From Squalus acanthias (Eukaryota): 64,000 nt of DNA. Below the pieces are notes generated by a model. It was given only the letters and a program-made list of their open reading frames with translations. It made no database searches and was not told the origin of the DNA. The DNA is taken from assembly GCA_030390025.1 (NCBI GenBank), contig CM059448.1:29698001-29762000 (forward strand), in the 5' to 3' direction. Below, piece by piece: positions 63,290-64,000 of the stretch (the first letter of the stretch is position 1; every line of letters begins with the position of its first letter). A program made the translations under genes and the position numbers.

Positions 63290-63565
63290 ACCCACTCTCC
63301 GTGTACTCCTCCCCGCGACACCCGCTCTCCGTGTACTCCTCCCTGCGACACCCGCTCTCCCCGTGTACCCCCCGCGACACCCGCTCTCCCCGTGTGCTCC
63401 CCGCGACCCCCGCCCTCCCCGTGTACTCCCCGCGACACCCGCCCTCCCCGTGTACTCCCGGCGACCCCCGCCCTCCCCGTGTACTCCCCGCGACACCCGC
63501 TCTCCCCGTGTACTCCCCGCGACACCCGCCCTGCCCGTGTACCCACTGGACACCCGCCCTGCCGT
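63290..63565 (+). repeat. CpG-rich 29-bp minisatellite, about 9 copies
   Basis: Unit gtgtactccccgcgacacccgc(c/t)ctcccc. Confidence 0.93.
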
Positions 63566-63824
63566 GTCTGTGTGTTGTTGCATCACCTGATCTGATGTTC
63601 GCACCTCCATTATTGTAGTGCCCACTCTCTAATAAAAAGTCATCCTACTCTGTGCCTCTTGTTGGCTTCTGAAGAGTATGCAGCGGCGAAGTTCAATTAT
63701 ATCTCCGTTCACATTCCCACCTTTGTCTAGACAGAAGTCTGGAGCCTCCCAAATTTACATGACAAACAACCACAAATAAGGAAGTTTCTGGTTTGGGACT
63801 GTTGTGGAGCAGAAGTAGTTGGGA

Positions 63825-63989
63825 AGTAAAAACAGAAAATGCTGGAGATACTCAGCAGGTTAGGTCGATGACCTGAAACGTTAACTCTGTTTCTTTCTCT
63901 CTTCACAGATGCTGCCTGACCTGCTGAGTATCTCCAGCATTTTCTGTTTTTATTTCAGATTTCCAGCATCTGTAGTATTTTCTTTTTGT
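63825..63989. mobile_element. PLE family 2 short fold-back insertion with TSD
   Basis: agtagttggga at 63814-63824 and 63990-64000 (may extend past the window). Perfect 34-bp arms 63827-63860 / 63919-63952. Carries the 3' half of the hammerhead (gacctgaaacgttaact). Confidence 0.8.
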
Positions 63990-64000
63990 AGTAGTTGGGA

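Overview
Repeat-rich, non-coding vertebrate DNA, most likely from a cartilaginous fish (shark). This is inferred from CR1/HER1-type LINE 3' ends and Deu-domain (SacSINE1-like) SINEs recalled from memory, not from a database search. No complete protein-coding gene is visible; the ORF track is explained by decayed LINE ORF2 fragments, minisatellites and chance ORFs. The window holds about 8 CR1 fragments, several L2 fragments, two old SINE families in many copies, a Tigger/pogo-like MITE, a Harbinger-like MITE, a young 805-bp mini LTR element, five minisatellites (two of 2-3 kb), one 272-N assembly gap and one candidate 105-bp minus-strand exon. Highlight: short Penelope-like (PLE) insertions carrying minimal type I hammerhead ribozyme motifs, in two families. 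Two near-identical but structurally different copies of family 1 sit at the same ATAAATAGAG site in two separate, diverged CR1 copies, suggesting a target-specific ribozyme-bearing retroelement that inserts into a LINE. One of them forms a perfect palindrome with 95-bp arms.
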